Below, one piece after another: positions 28,335-44,279 of a stretch of 64,000 nucleotides of DNA. The DNA comes from Eledone cirrhosa (taxonomy: Eukaryota): positions 41,602,001 through 41,666,000 of the forward strand of contig OZ024743.1 in the NCBI GenBank assembly GCA_964016885.1, in the 5' to 3' direction. The notes beneath the pieces were generated by a model. That model worked only from the letters and a program-made list of their open reading frames with translations. It was not told the origin of the DNA and did no database searches. The position numbers were made by a program, and so were the translations under genes. The stretch's first letter is position 1, and each line of letters starts with the position of its first letter.

Positions 28335-29514
28335 TTGTATTTGAAATAACGATATTTATCAAATGTTACATTATAATGAATATTCAAAAGCCTTATCTAT
28401 AATTTAGGTAGAGCACGTCTGATAATGTTTCTCAATTACCATAACAATACGAGATTGGAATCTCTTGCAAAGGACTTGATAGCAGTAAGCAGGTCAATCA
28501 CATACAATTTAGTCCATTGTCATGAAACAGCAAACAATGATTCTGTTCTCTTGAATTGGCTATAACTATGACTATAACTATATTTTTCTTGAATTCAACA
28601 TATAATTACATCCCAGGAAAATAACTTTTGCATAGGCAATATAAATTCACTTAAATTGTTCACTTATTTGAGAAAACAATTAACACAATTCAAATTGTGT
28701 TGCAAGTGTTGTATTTATATTTTCAAGTGTGTTATTAAAACATCATTTAATACCAAATATAAAAGCTAAATTCTATATCTACATAAGTGTAATTCGCCAA
28801 GTACTGTATAATTCGAGCCTTCTTTAATATCGTTGAGGGGTTAAATAGTTGGTTTCGTAACAATCAGGTTCCGGATTCAGTTGATCTTCAGCATATATTT
28901 CATGCTCCTGCCGCGTTTTTTACCAATGCGTTTTGAGTGAAATGCAGAATCCCGCTCTTTGCATGTTTGGATGCATTTACGTTTGTGTGTATGTAACGCT
29001 GTGGTTCGACAAGAAGTAGATCGACAAAATACGTACCAGTCATAACAGAAATATTTATTGGGCACGATGTGATCGACTAAATCAAGGCGTGGCACCAGTC
29101 TAAACAATATAATAAAGAATGTAATGAGAAATATACCAAAAATTATTTAATAAATCACGCACTTGGTTCATTTTGCGAAAATGACTTCCTTTTTATTTTA
29201 GTGGTTTTACATGAATGACATTATTTTTTATTTCTTTTCTTTGGCTGTATTTTGTATTCACATATTATACTATCTTGCTAAGAATTACTGAGTGTATAGC
29301 GTCTGATGAAACGAAATAATCTGTATATTTATAAAAGACTAAAAGGATTCAGTTGCTCAAATAAATACTGTACATTCAAAATTGTAATGCCAATTAAGCT
29401 TAGTACAAATATGTATCACCAACTAACTTACCATGTGACTAGACGCTCACATGTTTCTTTCAATGGCTTGTCCAGCAGAGGAAGGACACCAGCTGTGACT
29501 CTTTCCAGGAAGTC

Positions 29515-30132
29515 ACAATGAGAATAAAAGAGGAGAAACTTATTTTTAGACTGGAGAAATAACAGAAATGCTTTCAACAACGTCGACTGTGTTAAACAGC
29601 ATCAGATGGCCGGTCAGTTGCCATTGTTAAACAGAATGTCAGATTAAGGCTACCACCTAAAAACAGGTATTGTCCTTCTGAAGAACATCCACACCGTCTC
29701 TGATTACCAAATTTACTGTCAATATGTAATCGAATGAGGATTTAAGATAAAATGGTCTTGCCATAATTCCGCTATTGTAAAATCAACTGTGAAATCATAT
29801 AACCGCGAAATAAATGCTCTATGGTTAATACATTTGTTTCGCGGTTATATGATTTCACAGTCGATTTTACAATAGCGGAATTATGGCAAGACCATTTCAT
29901 CTTAAATCCTCATTCGATTACATATTGACAGTAAATTTGGTAACCAGAGACGGTGTGGATGTTCTTCAGAAGGACAATACCTGTTTTTAGGTGGTAGCCT
30001 TAATCTGACATTCTGTTTAACAATGGCAACTGACCGGCCATCTGATGCTTTTTAACACAGTTGACGTTGTTGAAAGCATTTCTGTTATTTCTCCAGTCTA
30101 AAAATAAGTTTCTCCTCTTTTATTCTCATTGT
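29515..30132. repeat. Near-perfect fold-back inverted repeat, 302 bp arms and 14 nt loop
   Basis: 29515-29816 versus 29831-30132; about 6 mismatches counted by eye. Confidence 0.95.
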
Positions 30133-31468
30133 ATTGAAAACACAACTTGATCTATCACCCGCTTACTATTTCATCTCTTTCTTTATTTCTTTCCCCTCGT
30201 TTCTGCCTTCCTCCATCTCTTTATCATTAGTCCAGTTTCCCTATAACAATAAATATTTATTCGCTTCACTCTTACCTACTTGAGTTGTAACTTGAAGTGC
30301 GGAAATCACTTCTATGTAGTATAAATCCTTAAGCGTTTAGGTGCTTAAAATTTAATTTTTAGCAATAAGCTGAAAGATTGAAAGAGTGAACGAAAATTAA
30401 TCTTAGACAATATATACTTTAGAGTCCTGCCACTGTAATATATGAATCATACGTTGCTAATAGATTGATAAAAATCATTGAATAAAAAGGGAAATAAAAA
30501 CTTACTGCATTCAACGAGGATTTCAGCTTATATATAATTACTTAATTAAGCTAACGTTTTACGGAGGCAAATATACAAATTAATTATTAAAATGTTTACT
30601 TATTCATTATTTTACTTACAATGTTACGAGAAATTAGCGGTGTGGCAAGAGTGTAAAACGAAATGATTTCTGGTTCTCTCAACTTGCTATTCATATCCTC
30701 AGGGAGATGATCTCCTTTTCTCCTTCCTCCTTTGAATACAGGGTGGTTAATTGGCAATAATGTTACAGCTTTGAGATTTCTTACGATTCAATTACTGTTC
30801 CTTTGTTTTCGGGTTTAAATTCCGTTGTGGCCAACTTGACATGAAACTAGCCTTTAACCCAGTTTAGCACTACTATCTGGTAATTGGGGGAATTTATCAG
30901 AGTTCATATAGTTGTAAATATTTGGATTAAGCCAACAATTTTGGGAATAACTTCTACTTTTCTCCCCACAATTATTGAAGGAAAGAAGTATATTGAGCAT
31001 CACTGTACCATCTGTGTGTGTAGAGATGTCCTTGACACAGATTAGTCAAATGAGGTGTATCTAATTGAAAATGCCAACGGCATCCTACACTATATTCCTC
31101 TGAATCTCCCTGAGAATTATGTTTAAAGTACACATATCTAAGGAATATTCAGACACTAATTGTTCTGCATATATTTACACCTGACGTGCGAGATATTAAA
31201 TGCACAAGTAACTTTAGAGAAATAATTACTGTCAAGGATATATGTAAGGTCATAACCCTAAAACTTATTAAAAAGTTAACTTCTTACTAATATGAGAAAT
31301 GCATTGTGTGTATTCATGTTGTAAATTCATGAATTAACTACGGGGATATGGCCCCAACTAGTTGGCTGCAATAGGTAAAAGAGCAAAGGTGTATAAATAT
31401 ACAAGCACACGTAGCATTTTTATTATGGGTGATTATTTCTTTCTAGAAATACAAGAGATAATTGAACT

Positions 31469-31547
31469 ATCTTCTTCTTCTTCTTCTTCTTCTTCTTCTT
31501 CTTCTTCTTCTTCTTCTTCTTCTTCTTCTTCTTCTTCTTCTTCTTCT
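31469..31547. repeat. (TTC)n microsatellite
   Basis: Directly visible. Confidence 0.95.
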
Positions 31548-34039
31548 ACCTGAGAGGCTCGTGGGTACAGCGTCCTTAATGTTCTACTCGTTTGATGACT
31601 TAATATGTGCAAAGGAAAACATCGTGTATTTCCTGTTAGAATAAGGATTGAATGAGAAGCTCTTAATATATGTTGCCTTTTTTATATTTCGAGGTCTGCT
31701 GCTTATTACATTTTTTACAAATATGAAATTTTTGAATAATCATCTCCAGGATTTCATATACCTGCCGATGCGTGGGTTTTTCTTTTTCAGTTCATGTCCC
31801 TGTAACTCGAGAGTTGTGTATGGTAATGTTATTTCCTTGCAAGCTGTTGTTTGATAATATTACATCGATTCCAGTACTTGATTGGAATTTTATTTCATTG
31901 AACCAACATTGATAAAAGGCACTATTGCATCGGGAAAATTTGAATTCGGAACATAAAACACCGTACGTAAATATTGTTAAAGAACTACTTCACTACATAA
32001 CCAGTCTGACATTTATAGAAATATCAGCTACATCTCAGTCATGTCCCACTTGTCTTAAACAAGGGAAGGGCAGTCGAGTAACGTAATTCTATATATATTA
32101 CTTATTATGAATGTATTTGATCGAAAAGCTGTTAGATCACAAATGCTTAGGTGATAAAGTATAACCATAATCCATCTATAAACCCATTGACTTCCGATTC
32201 CTGGCTTTGCATTTATATCTGGCGGAATGTCACCTTCACCACGCTTTATAAAAAGCCGGCACTTTTAAATCTGGAGAGCTCATCTCTTTTCCAGGTCTGA
32301 ACACAATCACTATTTTCTAGAAATGGAAAGTGCGAGAGATTGATAGAGAGGTAGTGTGAAAGAGATATTGAGGAAGAATCGATTCCAGTTCACGATTGAT
32401 ACTTATTTTATCGCCACCTCATGGAAATTTTCTTTCCAAACATCTTTGAGATATTTTAACACGAAAACAATAAAAACCGTATTGTTTAATGTTATTTAAT
32501 ATTATTTTATATGGAAAAGTGTCTATTAAATCTAGAAATGGATACTGATTAAGTTTTTAATTTTCCTTCCTGTTCGATTGCGTAAAATGCTCACTCCAAC
32601 GTCACATTTCACATAACTAAACGCATTAAGAATCCTGCCAACTAATCTCTATTGATCTGCTATAAATACACATTGTAAATGCTCCTCTATTAACAATAAC
32701 TATGGCTTTATTTTCCTCATTGGAAAACGTTTTGAATTCTTAATAAAAAGGGAATGAAAAAAATAACCAAAAAGAAATACAAAACAAAAGCCAAATAACT
32801 CAACAGAAATACACAAAAAGCATTAGCTAATTCACATTTGTTCGTAAAGAAATAAATAGAGTTATAATAAATGCAGTATAAAAGACAGAAAATAACTAAA
32901 TGTGTAGCTGCATTTCTACCGATAGTAAACATATAAGATTAAGACTGCACTAAGCAAGGAAATAAAATAATCCTGTAATAACGTTTCACAAACGAAAGCA
33001 TTCTTGTCATGTTACATGTAAAAAAAGCGTCTCGTGAGAGTCAACAAAGCGTCCATTTTTCTCTTAAATACATCAATAAATACATATATGTGATTTCAGT
33101 TGAGGTGATCTTGCAAAATTTATTACAAAAAACTCTATTGTATGTGGAACACGATTTTATACATCAGGCCTGCTTTATGTGAAAATTGACTCTTTGCATG
33201 ATAAAAACAAACAACCATATAAATAAAAGTAAAATAATGTAAATACATTTACAGAATTTTAGCAGTAGCATCTCCTCCCGGTTTGGGGATAATCGTTTCA
33301 AGTTTAGCTTTCGAACCATTAACATAAATTGAAAAATCTTTTATAAAGTCAATATTTGTTACTACAACATGAGAGATGCGAGAAGTGTGCGATGATGGGA
33401 CCAGAGAATAAGCGTAGATGGGGAAAATAAACGTAAATATTGTTCAGTATATTATTCGCTGTTATGAAGTAAAATTGTTGCAAGAATTGCAATTGCCTCT
33501 CGGTGTCGATAAAATGACATATACTGACGTCAGCATGGTATTTTGCCCTTTTTCTTTCTTCTCCTCTTCCCTCCTTTCTCTGCTTCTTTCTTTCTTTCTT
33601 GCTTTCTTTCTTTCTTTCTTTCCTTTTTACACTTTCACTCTCTTTATATCTCAGTCTGTTCCCCTCCCCTGTCGCCATCTCTTATTCACTGTTAAATGAC
33701 ATAAAATGGTCAATATGTGTTTGGTTATCACAACAATTGTTGGAAAATGTCACATGATCTCCTGAAAATCTGAAATGTTGTGCATACTCACGTAAAGCTT
33801 TTTTCAATTCTCATATACAAGAAAAGCATGAAGGTCACAACGTGTAGTGGTACTGTCTTCGAGAATTCAACCTCGTATCTACTCTCTACCGAGCTGATTG
33901 TAACATCAAACGTAGCTTATATAAATACATTACTGGCTTTAACTACAGTTTTGTTCATATGGTCATGTCACATGAGGATGAGTGGAACGATAGCAATCAC
34001 GTAACCACCATAAATCATATAGTACATACTGTATATTAT

Positions 34040-34435
34040 ATTGGCAGTATCGGTAGAGGGTCGGACGCCATGCTTTGACGCATAGAGTTACGGCCCTTGC
34101 TATTCTGAGTTCAAATCTCGCCGAGGTTAACTTTGCCTTTCATCCTTACGGGGTCGATAAAATAAAGTACCAGTAATGCACTGGTGAATTGCTGGCCTTG
34201 TGCCAAAAGTAGAAACAATTATATATTTATAACATACTCATTATGATATATAATTGTTTCTAAGTCTGGCACAAGGCCAGCAATTCACTAGTGCATTACT
34301 GGTACTTTATTTTATCGACCCGGTAAGGATGAAAGACAAAGTTAACTTCGACGGGATTTGAACTCAGAATGGCAAGCACCATAACTCTATGCGTCAAAGC
34401 ATGTCGTCAAACTCTCTACCGATACTGCCAATCCA
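34040..34435. mobile_element. Tail-to-tail inverted pair of family A SINEs
   Basis: 34040-34222 (+) and 34250-34435 (-), about 30 bp apart. Confidence 0.9.
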
Positions 34436-36144
34436 TATGATATATTATATATAATACATAGTTTATACAATGTATATAATGTTACTTCTTATCGGAGATA
34501 ATTCCACCACTTTGAAATATTGTTAAGACGCCATTGGCTGGATTTGAACTTAGACAATACTGTGAATAGACCAAATATGTTACGTTAGTTAATGCGACGC
34601 TATTTAGAGTGTGAACATATTCACAACGAGTCCCTTTATTCATCCATCAGTGGCTGTCTTTTGACAGCACACATTACATGAACCATTTAACATTACATCA
34701 AATATAATAATTCTTTGAGCATTGAACTCCTCATCAAAGTGACTAATTACTTGTTATCAAAGATTTCAATCTGATAATAGAAATAACACGACTATCTTGT
34801 AAATTAGTACAATATGATACAGTCTACAATAAAAGAGCTGAATTGAAGAAATACCGATCAGCAAGTAACTGGAACTTACTGCGTTTTTAATCATTTGAAC
34901 TTAGTCACGTGTGATTGAAGGGGCATGGTCCTGTTTTTGATATTTTCCACGCGATCATGTGTTCGGTTACTGGAGCGAACGGTACATTTTGTTCTTGTAC
35001 AAGACGCTTTATTTAACGCTGCTTTCACGAGAGAACTAAGCCCCCTTATCATTACAGCATTCACAAAATATTCTATTACATGCATCCAAGTAGAAGGCCG
35101 GATGCATGTTCATAGTTGTGAGATGTAACTTCCATTGTTTTCCTGGATAACATTCTAGCCATTACCATAATATTGTTAAATCATAATTCTTTTATCTCGG
35201 ACGATAGTATACAACACATTTTACACGTTTAAAAAAGTATAGTGTTATTTGAATATGATTCATGTGATATATCTCCTCTGCTAAAAACGACACTATATAG
35301 CATTTAATCAGGCGCTCCTGTATATTAGTCACTCTGTCACGGGTCAGACCTGACAACGACATTTCAGAATATAATCAAGTGCAAGTCATCTTAGTAAAAT
35401 TATTTTGAAATAGAATCATATTGACAAATAGCTTCTCAGCATAAATTAGTATATGAAAACTGTATGGAAACCCATTGAAGGTGTAGTCTCAGTTGTTGGG
35501 CATTAAACTCAGAAACTAATTCGGTTTAAATCCAGCATCTTGTATGGAAGTCATTTTACTGGAGTCTACTCATGTCCATCATTCGAGTCAGTTCTCGACT
35601 CACGGCCGTCCTCTAAAATCGTTTATAGGCACACACCTACCTCTGCTAACTAAGCAATTACTTATTATTAATAGCAGTAGCGTTTTCCTACACTGGTGCA
35701 AATTAAATGACATTGTAATGAGAAGGTTTGAATCAATCGATTATATACACCCAAGTACTTGACACGGACATTTTCCATCAGTCCTGGAAACAAAATTCTA
35801 TTTAGATGGGATTTGAACTCGGAATATAAGCGGCCGTAAATACACACCTAAGCTATACGTGTAATGATTCAACAAGAATGGCAATGCACTACTCTCAGTA
35901 CAACATGTAATATTATGTAGATAAATCATTCATGAGATACGACTGTTAACATTTGAGTAGCAGGAGCCGTGTACGATTCTAATTTCCAAGATGAAGTTGT
36001 TTTATGTTGGATAAAAGTATATTTTCTGTTAATTGTACTATTATAGGAGCACAAAGTTTTTGATTTCGCAGAGTAGTAAGAGTTTTACATCAACAACCTA
36101 CTCTCTGATTTATGTTTTATTTGAGGTGATATTTCTCCTTCCAG

Positions 36145-36230
36145 CTAAACCATCCTCAATGTTCAGCTGGATCAACGGAGGGATTTTCTAAATCATCCTT
36201 AAGTCTTCTAATGACAGCATTGTCACTTAG
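36145..36230 (+). other. Candidate isolated internal exon, 86 nt
   Basis: Acceptor tttctccttccAG and donor AG|GTAAGA; one open frame LNHPQCSAGSTEGFSKSSLSLLMTALSL; no recognisable homology. Confidence 0.3.
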
Positions 36231-37439
36231 GTAAGATGTTTAGCGAAACCATGTCTTACACGATTTCGAATGATGGTTATTTTTAGGTAAAAGAGAAAAT
36301 CAAAAGAAAAGCATAGTAAAATATATTCAGAAAGACATTACAAATCACTTAAAATGTTTGTATAGAAATCAATGCTTTATATCTCGAAACGAATGACTGC
36401 ATATGGAAAACAAGCAATCAAATATAATTATTCAACATTAAGCCTACGATATGCTTTAAGAGCACGTTTATTGAACTATTCAAGCTAGTGCAAGCAATCT
36501 TCTCTTCAAACAATACTGCACTGGCATTCCTAGTCATGGGTGTATGAGCTAGGCTAATTACAATTGAATATATTTATTTGTGTCAGCAATTTTCCAAGTA
36601 ACAACATATTACCGGCTTTGGTTTTCTAACTATTAGATAGTATATATGTGACGAATTGGTAGAGTTAAGTCATTAGAGGTACTGTGCGGTATTGCTCTTT
36701 ATGATGTGAGTTCAAGACCCAACAACGCCGAGGTTATCTTTCATCATTTCAATGTAGATGCATAACGCAGCTTTCCTATACTCGGGTTGATTACTCTTAT
36801 TCTCTCCCTCATTCTCTGGTTGAAATCGGCTGTGATAAAAGCTAGGGACGGATGTATGACACTGAGTTTAAAGATAGCCAAGTTATGCTGGTTGTCATAA
36901 CGAAGCATTTGCAATTAAGACTTAAATGACCAGTGACCAGTGATTATGGATTACATACCTATAGTCATGAATCACTAAACAACTATTCCAGTTTGAACTC
37001 ATTTATACGTAATGGAAAACATAAACAAATTGGTAAGGCGTACAACAAACACATTCCATATAACTTTAAATACATTGGTAAAACTTTGTAGGAATATAGG
37101 TAGATATTTTACTGGTCATGGATTTTGCATCTATGACTGACTGATCATGTGTCTGCTTCTTCAAGGTATGCTTCTAGGCACGGTGCTACTGCAAAATCCA
37201 TGTATGGACCTCTCCCATTCCCTCCAAAACCTATACTGACCAAAGAAAGACAAGAAATTATATATCTAGGGATCAGTGTCCTCATACCTCACTATCTTTC
37301 CAGCTGAGTTTATTCGATCAATAGGAAATAAAGTAACTTTATTCAGAGGGTAATTAAACATGACATACTGTGACATAGCTAACGATACGTAACACAAATA
37401 CTTATGTTTCGGCTGAGAGGTCACGAGCAATGTGGGATA

Positions 37440-37625
37440 GATTGTAGTATCGGTGGAGAGTCGGACGCCCATGCTTTGCAGCAAAGAGTTACGGCCCTTT
37501 ATGGTCTGAGTTCAAATCCCGCCGAGGTTAACTTTGCCTTTCATCCTTACGGGGTCGATGAAATAAAGTACCAGTAATACACTGGAATAATTGCTGGCTT
37601 TGTGCCAAAAGTAGAAACAATTATT
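37440..37625 (+). mobile_element. SINE family A, near full length
   Basis: B-box-like GAGTTCAAATCCC and family core. Confidence 0.9.
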
Positions 37626-38078
37626 GCTTAAGGATACAAAGTGCTACTCGGTTATGGAATCGAACATACGACTGATCGTTTTCACATAACCTTAAACAAT
37701 AAATCAGTAAACCAAGTATCATCACTAGAACAGATTGGTATAACATACCTACACCTAATATACAAATACGTTCATTCGATCTCAATTTTGCAGTGAGATT
37801 CTGTATAAAATGCAAACCATACATGCATTCCTATATCCATTCGGACATACACAGTTTGATTTACGAATCACGGGAAAAGTCGAAAATACAAACGTACTGT
37901 CGGTACAATACCCCTGAAATGCCTGCGTGGAATTAAAACAGAGACGCGAGTTTGAATTCCTCGCGACCAATTCTCTCAAATTTTTTCCGACACTAGGGTT
38001 AATTAACCAGTTGTTTCAGCAATCATTTAAATATATCACGTATTATTGCAGTTACCATCATTAGGGAAACTATATTTT

Positions 38079-38130
<52 letters not shown>

Positions 38131-38218
38131 CACTAAAATATGTGTGTGTTTTGGTATTTGGCCTTACAGAGTTTCGATGAAAATAATCAATACTTGGCGG
38201 AAGTAAGTATGACTGAGA

Positions 38219-38268
<50 letters not shown>

Positions 38269-39019
38269 ATATGTGTGGCTGTGTCCGTGCGTGTGTATTT
38301 ATCTATTTATATATTACATATATGTTGATACAGTCATGCGAATTATATGAGAGTGTGTTTCAATCTTAGCGTATGTGTGTGTGAGAGAGACGATGATAAA
38401 AATCTAAAGATTCTATATATATATATTTCCTCTATTATTTTTGAACTAGTCATTAATATGCTATTTCTAGCGTTGGTTTTAATAAGTCTCATCTTATACT
38501 GAAAAATATACATGGATAATGAAATATCGCATCGTGCTGATTTAATGCCAGGCAATTATACCATACAGTCATTTGAGAAAATACATTAAAATATTCATAA
38601 GTCGTTGTGGAAGCTTTCACACAATGATACAAGTCAACATATACATAAACATATATAGATTCGCATTGGAATATAAATGTAAATCCAATTCTTATAAGTT
38701 GAGATCTCTCTCGAACGAATTTCTTTTATTTCATGAACCTCGGAAAGATGCAAGAGTATTTGGACATGATTCTAATGATTTCAGAAATCTGAGAAGAGTT
38801 ACATCTGATTGTGTGAATCTCAGTATATGCCTGGTAGTGAGTGTGTCTGACTCAGAGCTTAGGGAGTGTGGCTTACGCTTACTCATGGTACGTATTAACG
38901 TTGAGCATGACGTTCATTTTACATTTTTCCTATAATTAAAAGAGCCAATTATATAACAGTGTTAAGCTGAACATGGAATTTACAACAAGAAATGTGTCGC
39001 AGATGCACAAATGTAGTAG

Positions 39020-39252
39020 ACCAGAAGTCACACATGCATACCAGCCTCCCCATTCCACGTCAACGATGTTGTCCAAGGGAAAAGTTAAGGCCGATAGAGG
39101 TTGGCACTGGTTACGTCACATTTCAGTTCTACAGCTGAATAAAATGGAGCAACGCGAAATAAAGAGTCTTGATCAAGAACGCACTGCCCCGAATTCACTA
39201 GCTCTCGATTGTAAACCCGACGTTTGAAAGACTTAGACATGCGCTACACACA
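39020..39252 (-). mobile_element. Diverged SINE related to family B
   Basis: Shares ggagcaacgcgaaataaagagtcttg with 13050-13248. Confidence 0.55.
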
Positions 39253-39285
39253 CTTAAATATATACACATACATTAGCGATACATG

Positions 39286-39366
<81 letters not shown>

Positions 39367-39963
39367 ATATATATATGTATGCATATATGTTTGTATGTAT
39401 GTATGTCATGTCCCATGGTCGGGTCGTTGCCGACTAAACTGGCAACCCCACCAAGGTTTTTTGGTGAGGAGGGTGACTTTGGACATCCTGCAGGACTAAA
39501 AACAAAACTTGTCATAGGGAAAAGGAGCTCTTAAGAGTCAATGGCCATCCAAAATCACCGCGAGATATGATACCTTGGCCTTTGTCAAGGCAGAATTCTA
39601 GGAGAAGGGAAACTCTGATATAACACCTGCAAACCTGATGGTATCCAATGATGTTGACCTGTTCTACTTTTTGGTAAATATCATCTTGGTTAGGAGAGTG
39701 GGACTGGTCAGTGCAGTGCCTTTGCTCACTATAAAAGCTTGACGGCAAGGCATTGCTTTATATCTGGAGATCTCTTTGCACTTGTCGTCACATGGTACCA
39801 TGGGCCCAGCACTATGTGTCAATAATTGTCACAAGTGTAGTGTTTGTACCAGTGTTTTCAAGTCGCTGGCTGGACTAAAAATCACACTCGTTCAGCGCAT
39901 CGGTAGGATTTCTCCTACATGGATATAAAGTAGTAGCCGTACTCGAAAACGAGTTGGCAGCCA

Positions 39964-40657
<694 letters not shown>

Positions 40658-40659
40658 AA

Positions 40660-42664
40660 TACCAGTGGGATTATCATTACGGCCGATAAAACATCCAACG
40701 TGTACACCCTAGATGTAAACACCTATAATAACCTCATCCGTACTGAACTACACAAGAAGTACAAAAAAAACAAGTAAATCTACTCTTGTACATATTAACA
40801 ATGAGGCACACAAAATATTTAAGAACCTGGGTATAGATGACAGGACAGAACCAATAACCCCAGCGACCCCATCCTTTAATTTAAAGGACCACAAAGTCAA
40901 TTTCTATGCAAACCCCCAGATTAGACTAATATGCCCATCGAAATCGGATATAGATAGAGTAAGTAAATATATATTAGAAAGAGTAATCCCCCAGTTAAAA
41001 CGGATAACTGGCATAAAACTCTGGGCAAATACTGAGGAGGCGGTATGTTGGTTTAATAATATCAAGGATAGGGATGAATCAAAATTTATCCAATTTGACA
41101 TAAACGACTACTATTCCTCCATATCACCCGATACCCTACATAAGACCCTACTGTTTGCCGGAGAGAATTCTGACCTAACCGACGCGGAAATAGGCATCAT
41201 CCTTGAGGCCAGAAAGACCATAATTAAGTTCGATGATAGCTACTGGGTGCGCAAAGATAGACCATCTTCCTTTGATATCACGATGGGCTCAAACGGTTCT
41301 GCCGAAGTTACAGACGTAGTGGGCATCTTCATCGCTGAAGCACTAGAGAAAAAATTCCGCAATCTACAAGGGGGTATCTACCGCGACGATGCGCTCCTTT
41401 TAGCTAAACACCTAAACAACCAGAAAATAGAAAGATTACGTAAGCAAGTTAGCGAATTTTTAAACAGTCTAGGTTTTAGCATTACTTTTGAGTACAACCT
41501 GACTGAAAGAAATTTCTTGGATGTAACATTTAATCTAGAGACGGGGGAAATCCGCCCATTCCATAAATCTAATGAAAATATTATGTATGTTAACCATAAA
41601 TCTAATCATCCACCCTCGGTTATACGGTCTATCCCTCGGGCCATCTCCCTTAGAATATCACGCCTGTCATCTACCCCCAGGTCTTTAGTGAGCACGCTTA
41701 CTACTATAACAACGCACTTAAGGCGGCTGGGTACCAAGACAAAATAGAGTATATAGATCCAGCACACTAATATAGAAATAAGGGCTCACAACGCACTAGC
41801 ATAAATAATAATATAGGTACGATACACAACATACACTTTCCGCATAGGCATAGTCGAAATAGAAGTACACAACCCAACCAAGCTAGAAAGCGGTATCGTA
41901 ACTACCTTTGGTACAACCCAATATACAATGCCTCAACATCTAAAATTTCCTCACTTTTCTTCAATTTAATCAAAACACATTTTCCTCCTACACATCGATA
42001 CGCTAAGATACTAAATCTAAGGTCTATTAAGCTTTCATATTCTACAGCACCCAATCTCGATCTAATTATTAAAAAACTTAACTCCAAACGATTAGTCAGC
42101 ACATCCACACGAAGCACCCCAAACTACATTAACACTTCCTCAAACTCTCAACCACTGAATGTAAACCCTCCTGCAGCAGACACACATATAAACCTAAGGC
42201 AATCTGTACAAGATAATAATACTACAGGAGCTGATAAGTGCAACTGCAACCTACCTGATCGTTGCCCTCTGAATAACAAATGCATGGAATCTAATATGGT
42301 GTATCAATGCACCGTTGAATCGGATAACCGAAGATGGCACTATATCGCCTCTACCACTTTTAAATCTCGTTGGTACCAACACCGTAGTTCGATGAAGAAC
42401 ATTAAATACCGTTCCGTAACTACCTTAGCCAATACAATTTGGCAGTTGCGCCAAAGTAACCTGCAATACACTTTGAAATGGACAAAACTCTCTAGTGCTT
42501 CCGCATATCGTGCAGGCCAGCCTTACTGCCGATTATGCAATATGGAGCTATTTTACATACTAAAATCCAATTATACTCTTCTCAACAACAGAACGGAAAG
42601 GACTCTATATTGCAATCACAGACTCAAGGCTACGTTCTCGAAATACAAACCTGGCTTGATTTGA
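40660..42664 (+). pseudogene. PLE RT-GIY-YIG polyprotein, frameshifted
   Basis: [85 protein letters not shown]. Confidence 0.92.
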
Positions 42665-43049
42665 TCCTGCGACTTCTGCTTTCCTCTATCTTCCTTCTAC
42701 CTCCTCTATCTATCCCCATGGATTATTGCTATGCCTTCTATTAACCACATCTCCCCTATTCAACATCTCCTCCTACATACTTTACAAGTCACTCGGCCTA
42801 ATCTCCCCTGCCTCCATCTATCATAGATCGTAAACCTATCAACGTCTACCATCTCTCTAGCACACACACACAGTTGGACTAGTCCATATCTAGACTTCAT
42901 TATCATATTTTATCCTCCCCTCTGTTTTACCTCAACAACTATGAAAAACCCCCCTATCTCTCTCGTCTTTGTCACATCCTCCTTCTTCTCTACTTCAACT
43001 TCACATGAATTCCTATGAAAACCTGAACATTCTGGTGCGGTAAACATAA

Positions 43050-43164
43050 TCTCTGATGATATGGGATCGATTGTGCATTGGATGTCGAATGCTCTACTAA
43101 CTATATAATATTATAGATGCAGCGAGATCTAGGCAAATTGATGTCTATTGAAACGTACGTTAGA
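43050..43164 (+). ncRNA. Type I hammerhead ribozyme with extended stem II
   Basis: tct CTGATGA [90 nt; atggg-atcgatt pairs with aattgat-g-tctat] GAAAC GTAC GTT aga; AATAAA at 43169. Confidence 0.75.
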
Positions 43165-43210
43165 ACCGAATAAATCTCTTTTACTGCATCTTTCTGTTCT
43201 TTTTAATTCT

Positions 43211-44180
<970 letters not shown>

Positions 44181-44241
44181 ATACACGCGGGAAACTATGA
44201 AATCGGAGAAAGACCGTTAAAACATGTTTATTTAAAACAGC

Positions 44242-44279
44242 GCCAATGTACGTTTCGCACAGTTGGGCTTCTCAAGGGC
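44242..44279 (-). ncRNA. Decayed minimal hammerhead in the pLTR of copy 4
   Basis: gccc TTGAGAA gcccaactgtgc GAAAC GTAC ATT ggc, then AATAAA; differs from a canonical core mainly by C>T and G>A transitions. Confidence 0.45.

Larger units (their letters stand above)
40658..43210 (+). mobile_element. Penelope-like element copy 3, 5'-truncated
   Basis: RT and GIY-YIG remnants followed by a ~550 bp 3' pLTR with HHR and AATAAA; sits inside (TA)n. Confidence 0.92.

Noticed and set aside
37490-37530. tRNA-like B box
   Set aside because: Part of a SINE head; no full cloverleaf.
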